Positions 1 through 8,298 are shown, numbered from the stretch's first letter. The stretch is 32,000 bases of DNA from Candidatus Methylomirabilis oxygeniifera (GCA_000091165.1 FP565575.1:450001-482000); one strand, 5' to 3'. The notes: generated by a model not told the origin, from the sequence alone. A program made the numbers and translations.

Positions 1-810
1 GGGTTCGAGGATCTCGATATGAAAACGGCAGGCCTCCAGCCGTCGGAGCTGGTCATCATCGCCGGCCGTCCCTCGATGGGTAAGACGAGTTTTGCTCTGA
101 ACATCGCGAGAAATGCCGCAATCGGAGAACAGATACCGGTCGGCATCTTCAGCCTGGAGATGTCGAAGGAGCAGGTGGTCCAGCGGTTGCTGTCCTCTGA
201 GGCCGAGGTCGACTCCAATAGGATCAGAACGGGGTGGCTGCGTGAGAGCGATTGGCCGAAGTTGACCAACGCGGCCGGCCATCTCTCAGAGGCGCCCATC
301 TTCATTGATGACTCGGCTGCGCTTTCGGTCATCGAACTTCGGGCGAAGGCGCGGAGACTGAAAGCCGAGCAGAACATCGGGATGGTGGTGATCGACTACC
401 TGCAGCTTATCTCAGGCCGTTCCCGATCCGAGAATCGTCAGCAGGAGGTGTCGGAGATCTGTCGGTCCCTGAAGGCGATGGCGAAGGAGTTAAAGGTTCC
501 GGTTGTCGCGCTGTCGCAACTTGCGCGGCGGACCGAGGAGCGGGAGCGACCGCAGCTATCGGACCTTCGGGAGTCCGGCGCCATTGAGCAGGACTCGGAT
601 GTCGTGATGTTTTTGTACCGGCCCGGGTACTATCAGGCCAGGAAGGCCGGGGGCCCGGATCCGGAGCGGGACACCAAGACCGAGATCATCATTGCCAAGC
701 AACGGAACGGCCCGACCGGGACCGTGGAGTTGGCCTTTCTCAGGGAGTACGTTAAGTTCGGCTCACTCGACCTTGTCCATCAAGATCCGGATGAGGCGGA
801 GGAGATGTGA
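1..810 (+). CDS. dnaB: Replicative DNA helicase DnaB, C-terminal RecA-like domain (5' truncated by window edge)
   Basis: Frame is open from base 1 ([36 protein letters not shown]); Walker A GRPSMGKT, Walker B VVIDYLQL, and [17 protein letters not shown]...[11 protein letters not shown] are typical of DnaB. Confidence 0.96.
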   Translation, partial: GFEDLDMKTAGLQPSELVIIAGRPSMGKTSFALNIARNAAIGEQIPVGIFSLEMSKEQVVQRLLSSEAEVDSNRIRTGWLRESDWPKLTNAAGHLSEAPIFIDDSAALSVIELRAKARRLKAEQNIGMVVIDYLQLISGRSRSENRQQEVSEICRSLKAMAKELKVPVVALSQLARRTEERERPQLSDLRESGAIEQDSDVVMFLYRPGYYQARKAGGPDPERDTKTEIIIAKQRNGPTGTVELAFLREYVKFGSLDLVHQDPDEAEEM

Positions 811-820
811 CGGGTCGCTG

Positions 821-883
821 ATCAACGTTCAACGTGCGATGTTCAATGTTCAACTGTGAATCTTGAACGTTCAACGGTTCAGC
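821..883. repeat. Degenerate heptad repeat element, TTCAACG family, dnaB-radA spacer
   Basis: Nine consecutive 7-mers: ATCAACG TTCAACG TGCGATG TTCAATG TTCAACT GTGAATC TTGAACG TTCAACG GTTCAGC; contains the palindrome TTGAACGTTCAA (863-874). Confidence 0.75.
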
Positions 884-908
884 GCGCCACCGCGGGAAGA
901 GAGGAGTG

Positions 909-2288
909 ATGGCCAAGAGTCCGACCCACTACCTCTGCCAGAGCTGCGGCTATCAGACGGTTCGCTGGATGGGTCGCTGCCCGGATTGCGGAGAGTGGGC
1001 AAGCCTGTTGGAGGAGCGCGCCACGAATGACCGCGATCGCGGTCGTCGTGTCGTCACATCCTCGGCTTCGCACTGTGCAACACCGATCACCGCCGTCGAT
1101 AGCGGCGCACTCAACCGGGTGAGCACCGGCCTGGCGGAGCTGGATCGGGTGCTGGGGGGCGGGATCGTCCCCGGCTCGTTTGTGCTCTTGAGCGGTGATC
1201 CGGGCATCGGTAAGTCAACCCTGCTCCTTCAGGCGTCAATGCAGGTCGCGCAGAAGGACGGGGTCGTGCTGTATGTCTCCGGCGAGGAATCGCTTCAGCA
1301 GACTCGATCCAGGGCAAGCAGACTGGGTCCGCTTTCCGATCGTCTTCTCCTGCTCGCCGAGACCTCCCTCCAGATGATTCTTGAACAGACCGACCGGATT
1401 CGACCAACCATCCTGGTGATCGATTCTATCCAAACCATTACGTCAGACGATCTGGAGTCCCCCCCTGGCAGTTTCAGCCAGGTGCGCGAAGCGGCCGTTG
1501 GACTGATGGCGCTTGCGAAGGAGAAGGGGATCAGTACCGTGATCATCGGCCATATCACCAAGGAAGGGGCCATCGCAGGCCCGAAGGCGATGGAACACCT
1601 GGTCGACGCTGTTGTATTTATGGAAGGGGAGGGGCATCAGATTCATCGCCTGCTCCGAACTGTCAAGAATCGTTTTGGCCCTACCCCTGAGGTCGGTGTA
1701 TTCGAGATGACGGCGTCCGGCCTGCAAGAACTCGCAAATCCGTCGGAGGTGTTTCTCGCTCAACGCCCATCCGGGGCGCCGGGCTCAGTTGTGATTCCAA
1801 CTCTGGAGGGAAGCCGACCGCTGCTTGTGGAACTGCAAGCGTTGGTGGCTGCGCCAAGCGCTCCAATCTCCAGACGGGTGTTCAATGGAGTGGAGAGCAA
1901 CCGGGGCATGCTGCTGCTCGCTGTACTGGAAAAGCGGCTCGGCTTGCCGCTCAGCGCGTGCGATGTGTACGTCAATGTTGTGGGGGGCATCAGGGTGGGG
2001 GAGACCGCTGTCGATCTCGGCATGGCCGCCGCAGTTCTCTCAAGCGCTCGCAACCTTCCGCTCGATCCCGGACTGTGCGTATTCGGAGAAATCGGTCTGG
2101 CAGGTGAGATACGAGCAGTGCCGATGGCGGAGCGACGGATCGAGGAGGCCGCCCGCCTGGGGTTGTCCTGTTGCCTGATGCCTCGACACAACCTGGATCG
2201 AGGCCGGCCGGACTTTCCCTCGTTAAGGGTGAGCGGGCTGCGTACGCTTGAGGAGCTGACGGAGAGGCTGAAGATCCCGCAGCAGTAG
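909..2288 (+). CDS. radA: DNA repair protein RadA (Sms)
   Basis: N-terminal C4 zinc motif CQSCGYQTVRWMGRCPDCGEW, Walker A GDPGIGKST, KNRFGPTPEVGVFEM motif, Lon-like C-terminal domain. The track starts at GTG 906; ATG 909 behind GAGGAG is the likelier start. Confidence 0.96.
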   Translation: MAKSPTHYLCQSCGYQTVRWMGRCPDCGEWASLLEERATNDRDRGRRVVTSSASHCATPITAVDSGALNRVSTGLAELDRVLGGGIVPGSFVLLSGDPGIGKSTLLLQASMQVAQKDGVVLYVSGEESLQQTRSRASRLGPLSDRLLLLAETSLQMILEQTDRIRPTILVIDSIQTITSDDLESPPGSFSQVREAAVGLMALAKEKGISTVIIGHITKEGAIAGPKAMEHLVDAVVFMEGEGHQIHRLLRTVKNRFGPTPEVGVFEMTASGLQELANPSEVFLAQRPSGAPGSVVIPTLEGSRPLLVELQALVAAPSAPISRRVFNGVESNRGMLLLAVLEKRLGLPLSACDVYVNVVGGIRVGETAVDLGMAAAVLSSARNLPLDPGLCVFGEIGLAGEIRAVPMAERRIEEAARLGLSCCLMPRHNLDRGRPDFPSLRVSGLRTLEELTERLKIPQQ

Positions 2289-2330
2289 GATCTCATGGCT
2301 AGCGTATTGAGTCATATGTCCTTTTATAGT

Positions 2331-2370
2331 CCGTTCGCGGCGAACCCTTCGACGGACTCAGGGTGAATGG
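2331..2370. repeat. Imperfect palindrome containing a CCCTTCGACggaCTCAGGGTGAA-type dispersed-repeat-like sequence
   Basis: CCGTTCGC (2331-2338) can pair with GTGAATGG (2363-2370) allowing G-U; internal CCCTTCGACGGACTCAGGG; also AGTCCG 2328-2333 / CGGACT 2353-2358. Confidence 0.45.
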
Positions 2371-2539
2371 AACGTGTAAAGAGTGTTGGATGCACGCTAC
2401 CTACTATATTCAAGTAGTATCACTGCATATGTGAAGTGTGATACCGTTCCTGCACAGTGTTGAGCATCGCATGAGCGCGTACAATGTCTGAAAGCGGTAA
2501 TGATCTGCGAACGACTATTGTTGTTTTTGCGAGAATCTT

Positions 2540-2568
2540 TTGACTAGTTACAGAATCCCTGCTAAAAT
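2540..2568 (+). promoter_or_regulatory. Predicted sigma70-type promoter for carD
   Basis: TTGACT (2540-2545), 17-nt spacer, TAAAAT (2563-2568), 9 nt before ATG 2578. Confidence 0.65.
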
Positions 2569-2577
2569 TTATAAGTA

Positions 2578-3066
2578 ATGATGTATCGCACAGGGACAAA
2601 AGTAGTCTACCCTACTCATGGAGTTGGGTGGATTGAGGCGATTGAAAATAAAGAGGTTGGCGGCGGACCTCAGGCTTTCTACGTGGTGCGCATCATCGGG
2701 AACGGAATGACTATTCTTGTTCCCACAAAGAACGCCAAACGAGTCGGTCTTCGAGAGGTCATTGAAGCGTCGGAGATCCCGAAGATTCTTGCCATTCTGA
2801 AGAAGAATGACCTGGAAATCAGTTCGAATTGGAACCGCAGGTTTAAGGATAACTTAGAGCGGATCAGGACAGGATCGCTCTTTGAGGTGGCGCTGGTCCT
2901 GCGAAAGTTGGTTCTGCTCCAGAAGGAGCGGAGCCTGTCGTTTGGTGAGAAGACGATGCTGGAGAATGTCCGAAGGTTGATTGTCAGCGAGATTTCGCAT
3001 GCCTCCGGGATTGACCAGGAGAGAGCGAAGGTGCTCGTTGAACAGGCAGTAGGTCATTACAGATGA
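2578..3066 (+). CDS. carD: CarD/CdnL/TRCF-domain transcriptional regulator
   Basis: MMYRTGTKVVYPTHGVGWIEAIENKEVGG...FYVVRIIGNGMTILVPTKNAKRVGLREVI is a typical RNAP-interacting domain; start is ATG 2578 or 2581. Confidence 0.9.
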   Translation: MMYRTGTKVVYPTHGVGWIEAIENKEVGGGPQAFYVVRIIGNGMTILVPTKNAKRVGLREVIEASEIPKILAILKKNDLEISSNWNRRFKDNLERIRTGSLFEVALVLRKLVLLQKERSLSFGEKTMLENVRRLIVSEISHASGIDQERAKVLVEQAVGHYR

Positions 3067-3112
3067 TGATCAGAGGTGAGGTCATCGAACCGTATGAAAG
3101 GAGGTGATCGAT

Positions 3113-4135
3113 TTGAACAACTACCGAGTTGGTCTCCCGATGATTGTTGGAGGGGCGGCCATCGGATTCTATCTGGCCTATCAAGCCGGCGCAGGTCCGT
3201 ACCAATGGCTACTAGGACTGGCCGGTCTCCTGCTTGGGGCCTCGTGCGGTATTGCCGTGATGGTTCTTCAACGCAAGTTTCATCAGGCTTCCCTGCAAGT
3301 CATTGTCAGCGGAACTATCGGATTCGTCTTGGGTCTTGGCTTGGCCGAACTCTTATTCAGCGCTATCTCAGACTTTCTGAGCTTTATTCCGCCTTATATT
3401 GCGAACACCATGCGACCCATTATCACCATCGGGTCGGCGTACCTTGGAGCCGCCATCGCGATCGAGAAGAGCCGAGGGTTCAGTGTGCTGGACGTCGTTC
3501 GGCTTTTCAGGGAAAAGCCCAGGGGGAAGAGCTACAAGATTCTCGATACCTCGGTGATCATCGACGGCCGCATCGCCGACATTTGCGAGACAGGGTTTGT
3601 TGAGGGAACGCTTCTCATTCCGCAGTTTGTCTTGCGAGAGCTGCAGCAGGTTGCCGACTCATCGGATCCGTTGAAACGAAACCGCGGTCGTCGGGGACTG
3701 GATATTTTGCAGAAGATACAGAAGAGGGTTGATGTGCATGTCGAGATCAGTGATATGGACTTTCCCGATATCCGCGAGGTGGACGCGAAACTGGTCGCGC
3801 TGGCCAAGGCCGTGAATGCCAAGGTGGTCACAAACGATTTCAATCTGAATAAGGTGGCTGCGCTGCAGGGGATCGGGGTATTGAACATCAATGAGTTAAC
3901 CAATGCGCTCAGGCCTGTTGTTCTGCCCGGTGAGGAGATGCAGGTCCACGTTCTTAAAGAAGGTAAGGAGTACAACCAAGGCATTGCCTACCTCGATGAT
4001 GGGACGATGGTAGTCGTCGACAGCGGCCGTCGATACATCGGTCAGACTGTTGATGTGCGCGTCACCACAGTGCTGCCGACGACAGCCGGACGTATGATCT
4101 TCTCACGTCTGAAGGAAGAGGCCGAGGCCGCTTAG
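3113..4135 (+). CDS. Membrane-anchored PIN/TRAM domain protein, YacL-like
   Basis: Hydrophobic N-terminal segments, then PIN-like ILDTSVIIDGRIADI...VVTNDFNLNKVAALQGIGVLNINEL and C-terminal TRAM-like GKEYNQGIAYLDDGTMVVVDSGRRYIGQTVDVRVTTVLPTTAGRMIFSR. The track starts at GTG 3104 inside the SD; TTG 3113 has better spacing. Confidence 0.88.
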   Translation: MNNYRVGLPMIVGGAAIGFYLAYQAGAGPYQWLLGLAGLLLGASCGIAVMVLQRKFHQASLQVIVSGTIGFVLGLGLAELLFSAISDFLSFIPPYIANTMRPIITIGSAYLGAAIAIEKSRGFSVLDVVRLFREKPRGKSYKILDTSVIIDGRIADICETGFVEGTLLIPQFVLRELQQVADSSDPLKRNRGRRGLDILQKIQKRVDVHVEISDMDFPDIREVDAKLVALAKAVNAKVVTNDFNLNKVAALQGIGVLNINELTNALRPVVLPGEEMQVHVLKEGKEYNQGIAYLDDGTMVVVDSGRRYIGQTVDVRVTTVLPTTAGRMIFSRLKEEAEAA

Positions 4136-4140
4136 GAGCA

Positions 4141-4223
4141 GGGTATAGGGGGGTAGGGTACAGGGGGGTAGAAAAGGCATTTGCCGCTCCACCCTCCACC
4201 CGACACCCTCCACCCGACACCCT
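4141..4223. repeat. Bipartite heptad repeat element, GGGTATA / CCACCCT family
   Basis: Left arm GGGTATA GGGGGGTA GGGTACA GGGGGGTA; right arm CCACCCT CCACCCG ACACCCT CCACCCG ACACCCT (4189-4223, five exact 7-mers), roughly complementary to the left arm. Confidence 0.8.
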
Positions 4224-4844
4224 ATGATCGTTACTGCCATTGTTCCCGCCGGAGGGGCGGGAATTCGATTTGGGGGGGCAGTTAGGAAACAGTTTATCGC
4301 GCTGAATGGTCTGCCGATACTCAGCCATACGTTGCGGGCGATTGCGGCATCTAATGCGCTCGCGGCCATTATTATTGTGGTCCCCCCGGGGGAAGAGTCA
4401 AGAGGTCGAGAGGCGCTGGGGCTGGCCGGGATCGATCTGGAAGCGGAGGTGATTCCAGGGGGACGGACACGGCAGGATTCAGTCTATAACGGTTTACAAA
4501 GGGCGAAGGCGGATACGGATCTTGTATTGATCCACGACGGCGTTCGCCCTTTCGTTTCGCGTGAGGTTGTGCTGGCCACTATAGAAGCCGCAAGGGAAGT
4601 GGGTGCGGCGGTTGCGGCCGTGCCTGTCATCGACACGATTAAGCGAGTCGACCCCGACGGTTTCGTAGAAGAGACGTTGCCAAGGGGACAGCTTTGGTCG
4701 ATCCAGACCCCTCAGGTCTTCCGTTACGCGCTCCTGATGCAGGCTCATCTGGCGGTTCGGGAGCGCGGGATTGTTGCTACCGACGATGCCGCGCTTGTGG
4801 AGCAAGGTGGGGGGGCTGGTCAAGGTTGTGAGGGGAAGTTATGA
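4224..4844 (+). CDS. ispD: 2-C-methyl-D-erythritol 4-phosphate cytidylyltransferase with frame-disrupted C-terminus; sequence past the G7 run continues in another frame to 4917
   Basis: VTAIVPAGGAGIRFGG..KQF..LNGLPILSHTL, HDGVRPFVS, TPQVF, TDDAALVE are IspD motifs. The expected ending LVKVVRGSYENLKITGEEDMSLADLILKRRAVP is encoded in the shifted frame 4816-4917. Confidence 0.9.
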   Translation: MIVTAIVPAGGAGIRFGGAVRKQFIALNGLPILSHTLRAIAASNALAAIIIVVPPGEESRGREALGLAGIDLEAEVIPGGRTRQDSVYNGLQRAKADTDLVLIHDGVRPFVSREVVLATIEAAREVGAAVAAVPVIDTIKRVDPDGFVEETLPRGQLWSIQTPQVFRYALLMQAHLAVRERGIVATDDAALVEQGGGAGQGCEGKL

Positions 4845-4913
4845 GAACCTCAAGATTACGGGTGAAGAGGATATGTCTCTGGCCGATCTGATTCTGAAGC
4901 GACGGGCAGTTCC

Positions 4914-5399
4914 ATGACAGTCGGCATCGGATTCGATATGCACCCGTTAGTGACCGGTCGGCGCCTGGTCCTGGGCGGGGTGGAGATCCCATTCGAGAAA
5001 GGCCTTGACGGTCACTCGGATGCGGATACCTTAGCCCATGCGGTGATCGACGCCATACTTGGCGCGGCATGCGCCGGCGATATCGGCTCGTGCTTCGGGA
5101 CGAACGATCCTCAATATAAGGACGTGTCGAGTCTTCTGCTTCTCAGGGAGACCTTCCGACGAGTGCAGGCGCTCGGCTACATGGTGAGCCACATCGATGC
5201 GACGATCATTGCTGAAGCCCCAAAGCTTGCATCATATATTGTGCAGATGCGGACCAACCTTGCAGAAAGCATCGGAATGTCGGTTGAGGACGTGAGCGTG
5301 AAGGCGGCGACCGCGAACCGGGTCGGTACGCTTGGGGCGGGTGACGGCATTGCCTGTTTCGCCGTCGCATCCCTCAGGCGCCGTGGAACGATGTCATAG
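4914..5399 (+). CDS. ispF: 2-C-methyl-D-erythritol 2,4-cyclodiphosphate synthase
   Basis: GIGFDMHPLVTGRRLVLGGVEIPFEKGLDGHSDADTLAHAVIDAILGAACAGDIG..F...DP.YK and SHIDATIIAEAPKL match IspF. Confidence 0.94.
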   Translation: MTVGIGFDMHPLVTGRRLVLGGVEIPFEKGLDGHSDADTLAHAVIDAILGAACAGDIGSCFGTNDPQYKDVSSLLLLRETFRRVQALGYMVSHIDATIIAEAPKLASYIVQMRTNLAESIGMSVEDVSVKAATANRVGTLGAGDGIACFAVASLRRRGTMS

Positions 5400-5417
5400 G
5401 ATGACGGGGATAGTTGT

Positions 5418-7010
5418 GTGGCGCTAGTCGTCTATAATACCTTACACCAGAAGAAAGAGCGATTCGAACCGGCTGTGCCTGGCGAGGTCCGGATGTATGC
5501 CTGCGGCCCGACTGTATACGATCGTGCCCACATCGGTCATGCGCGCGCAGCTCTCACCTTTGATGTGGTCTGGCGCTACCTGGAGCGCCGCGGATATAAG
5601 GTCAGCTACGTGCGTAATTATACGGACGTAGACGATAAGATTATTCAGCGGGCCGCAGAGTTGGGACAGTCGCGCGAATCGCTGGTAGAGGAGCAGATCG
5701 AGGCCTATCGCCGGGATATGGACGCTCTGGGGCTCAGAACGCCGACGGAGGAGCCGCGAGCCACCCGACATATCCGCGAGATGATTGAGATCATCCGGAC
5801 GTTGATGGCGAAGGGAGTCGCGTACTCCGTAGATGGTGATGTCTATTTCGAGGTCAGGCGCTCGTCCGACTACGGGAAGCTCTCCCATCGAGGTCTCGAC
5901 GAGTTGCAGGCGGGGGCGAGGGTTGAGGTCGATCCGCGGAAGCGCGATCCTCTTGATTTTGCCTTGTGGAAGGCATCTCGACCGGGAGAGCCGGCATGGG
6001 AGAGCCCGTGGGGCCCAGGCAGACCGGGCTGGCATATCGAGTGCTCGGCCATGTCGATGAAATACCTCGGCGAGACCTTTGACATTCACGGTGGTGGGGC
6101 CGATCTGATCTTTCCCCACCATGAGAATGAGATTGCGCAGTCGGAGTGCGCCACCGGCAAGCCGTTTGCCCGCTACTGGATCCATAACGGGTTCGTCAAT
6201 ATCCGCGCCGAAAAGATGTCGAAGTCGTTGGGCAATATCCTGACGATTCGGGAACTCCTCGGTCGTATCAGTCCTTGCGCGTTCAAGCTGTTCCTGCTTG
6301 GAACTCATTACAGAGCACCCGTAGAGTTTTCGGAGGATGCGCTGATCAGCGCCACGGCTGCGGCGGCTCGATTCCATACCGTACTGGAGGAGGTGCAGCG
6401 TTTCCAGGACGTCCAGGGTTCGAAGGCCGATCGTTCGCGCATGGATTCCTTGCCCCTCTCAGGTCAGATTCGTGAGGCGGAACAGGAGTACACGGACGCG
6501 ATGGATGATGATTTCAATACACCGCGTGCGCTGGCCGCATTGTTCAACCTGACTAAAGGGGTAAACGTTGCCCTAAGAGATGTCGATGGCGCGCCGGAGC
6601 CATCTCTCGTGTATGGCCTCAGCATGGCAGGAGAGACGCTGCGAACGCTGGGATCGGTGCTGGGCGGCTTATTTGAGGGTCCTCGTGAAGTTGTTGACCG
6701 GCTTATCATGACCCCATCTGCCGGTACTTCGACCAGTGGAACGGCAGCCTCGGTTCTCAGGATAACAGGAGACGATTATTGTAAGGCTCGAGAGGCTGTC
6801 GAATCGGCGATGGCGTCAGGCCACACCCCGCCGACAGAGGCGATCCGGACTATCGTCGCATACCGGGCGCTATGCCGTGACAGGAAGGACTGGACAACCG
6901 CCGATGCCATTCGCACCTGGTTGACCAATCTTGGGGTGGTTGTGGACGATACCGGCGATGGGGTCCGCTGGTACGTCGCGGTCGCCCGGGCGAAGACGCA
7001 CCGGCCATGA
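5418..7010 (+). CDS. cysS: Cysteinyl-tRNA synthetase
   Basis: YACGPTVYDRAHIGHARAALTFDVVWRYLERRGYKVSYVRNYTDVDDKI, GWHIECSAMSMKYLG, GGGADLIFPHHENEIAQSE, KMSKSLGN; GTG start. Confidence 0.96.
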   Translation: MALVVYNTLHQKKERFEPAVPGEVRMYACGPTVYDRAHIGHARAALTFDVVWRYLERRGYKVSYVRNYTDVDDKIIQRAAELGQSRESLVEEQIEAYRRDMDALGLRTPTEEPRATRHIREMIEIIRTLMAKGVAYSVDGDVYFEVRRSSDYGKLSHRGLDELQAGARVEVDPRKRDPLDFALWKASRPGEPAWESPWGPGRPGWHIECSAMSMKYLGETFDIHGGGADLIFPHHENEIAQSECATGKPFARYWIHNGFVNIRAEKMSKSLGNILTIRELLGRISPCAFKLFLLGTHYRAPVEFSEDALISATAAAARFHTVLEEVQRFQDVQGSKADRSRMDSLPLSGQIREAEQEYTDAMDDDFNTPRALAALFNLTKGVNVALRDVDGAPEPSLVYGLSMAGETLRTLGSVLGGLFEGPREVVDRLIMTPSAGTSTSGTAASVLRITGDDYCKAREAVESAMASGHTPPTEAIRTIVAYRALCRDRKDWTTADAIRTWLTNLGVVVDDTGDGVRWYVAVARAKTHRP

Positions 7011-7792
7011 CGGAGCAGATACTCGTTGGCCCTCATGCTGTGCTGGAGGCGCTTCGAGCGAAGCGGCGCCAGATTGATCGGATCTATCTGGCAAGGGAAC
7101 GGTACGATTCCAGGATTGTCGAGATTGTCAAGCGCGCCAGAGAGTTGGGCGTGCCCTGTACACAGGAGAAACGGGAGCGGCTTGGTGAATTGAGCAAGGG
7201 GGCGACGCACCAAGGGGTCCTGGCCGTCGTCAGCGAGGCAGATTACGAGGATCCTTTCGAGCTGGTTGCCCGAATCAAGGCGGCCACCCCGCTGCCGTTA
7301 TTGCTGCTGCTCGATGGAGTTCAGGATCCTCAGAACCTCGGAGCGATTATACGCACGGCGGAGGCTGCCGGAGCGAATGGGCTTTTTATCGCGAAACATC
7401 GCGCCGCTGGGATTACTCCGGCGGTCGCGAAGGCCTCTGCGGGGGCTTCAGAACACCTGGCCGTGGCGAGGGTTGCGGGTCTGCCGGCGTTTCTCGCGTG
7501 GCTGAAAGATCAGGGCATCTGGACGCTCGGAGCCGATCCAAGCGCGGTGCAGTCCCTCTACGAGATCGATTTGCGTGCTCCGATGGGTGTCGTCATCGGA
7601 GGGGAGCACCGGGGACTGACAATGTTGGTGCGGCAGCGGTGCGATTTGCTCGCAAGAATCCCCACTCGCGGTCGTGTGGACTCTCTCAACGCTGCGGCGG
7701 CGGCTGCCGTCTTCCTCTTTGAGATCCGGCGACAACAGAGTGGCATGAAGCAGCTCCCAGTGAATGCGCAAGAAACTGCGATTCTTTCTTAA
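7007..7792 (+). CDS. rlmB: 23S rRNA (guanosine-2'-O)-methyltransferase, SpoU/TrmH family
   Basis: GPHAVLEALRAKRRQIDRIYLARE, LLLLDGVQDPQNLGAIIRTAEAAGANGLFI, VIGGEHRGL, LNAAAAAAVFLFEI; 4-nt ATGA overlap with cysS. Confidence 0.92.
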   Translation: MTEQILVGPHAVLEALRAKRRQIDRIYLARERYDSRIVEIVKRARELGVPCTQEKRERLGELSKGATHQGVLAVVSEADYEDPFELVARIKAATPLPLLLLLDGVQDPQNLGAIIRTAEAAGANGLFIAKHRAAGITPAVAKASAGASEHLAVARVAGLPAFLAWLKDQGIWTLGADPSAVQSLYEIDLRAPMGVVIGGEHRGLTMLVRQRCDLLARIPTRGRVDSLNAAAAAAVFLFEIRRQQSGMKQLPVNAQETAILS

Positions 7793-7817
7793 AAATACCC
7801 GTAATAGAAATTATTGC

Positions 7818-7846
7818 TTGCTTTCTGCCTGTAAGAACATTATATT
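7818..7846 (+). promoter_or_regulatory. Predicted promoter of the tRNA-tuf cluster
   Basis: TTGCTT (7818-7823), 17-nt spacer, TATATT (7841-7846), in an AT-rich gap before the first tRNA. Confidence 0.5.
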
Positions 7847-7891
7847 TTCCTTGCGCCTGTCGCAAATTATGAATAGTCTAAGGGTTTGCGT

Positions 7892-7967
7892 GCTGGCGTA
7901 GCTCAGTTGGCAGAGCAGCTGATTTGTAATCAGCCGGTCAGGGGTTCAAATCCCTTCGCCAGCTCCA
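7892..7967 (+). tRNA. tRNA-Thr (anticodon UGU)
   Basis: Cloverleaf GCTGGCG...CGCCAGC-T-CCA, D arm AGCTCAGTTGGCAGAGC, anticodon loop TTGTAAT, T arm GGTTCAAATCC; CCA encoded. Confidence 0.96.
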
Positions 7968-8006
7968 CAGAGAGCCGGCACGCAGGGAGATCCCGAAGGG
8001 GGATGC

Positions 8007-8091
8007 GGGGAGATACCCAAGCGGCCAAAGGGGGCAGACTGTAAATCTGCTGGCGTTGCCTTCGGAGGTTCGAACCCTCCTCTCCCCACCA
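8007..8091 (+). tRNA. tRNA-Tyr (anticodon GUA)
   Basis: Acceptor GGGGAGA/TCTCCCC-A-CCA, anticodon loop CTGTAAA, long class II variable arm, T loop TTCGAAC. Confidence 0.95.
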
Positions 8092-8182
8092 TCGGATCGG
8101 GCTGCTGCAGAGGACGCGGTTCGGCGATGAGGCGGTCCCACTCGACGAGGTTGTAGCGCGCAAGGCATGACGATAGGCTTGG

Positions 8183-8259
8183 GCGGGAATAGCTCAGTCG
8201 GCTAGAGCGTCAGCCTTCCAAGCTGAGGGTCGCGGGTTCGAATCCCGTTTCCCGCTCCA
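8183..8259 (+). tRNA. tRNA-Gly (anticodon UCC)
   Basis: Acceptor GCGGGAA/TTCCCGC-T-CCA, anticodon loop TTCCAAG, T loop TTCGAAT. Confidence 0.95.
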
Positions 8260-8298
8260 AAGATTGTAGGTATGATGGATTGGGACCTCGACAGGCCA

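Noticed and set aside
4107-4369. Antisense ORFs (4062-4328, 4103-4369, 11268-11678) sharing GWRVE...YTL-like peptides
   Set aside because: The similarity comes from translating the same heptad repeats in antisense, not from a protein family.
4224-4844. ispD as a naturally short 206-aa protein
   Set aside because: The missing C-terminal motif is intact in the adjacent frame and ends in the expected overlap with ispF, so a frameshift is the better reading.
7952-8006. ATCCC-GAAGG-GGGAT hairpin between tRNA-Thr and tRNA-Tyr
   Set aside because: Short stem in a tRNA spacer with no U-tract; could be a processing hairpin but cannot be supported beyond chance.
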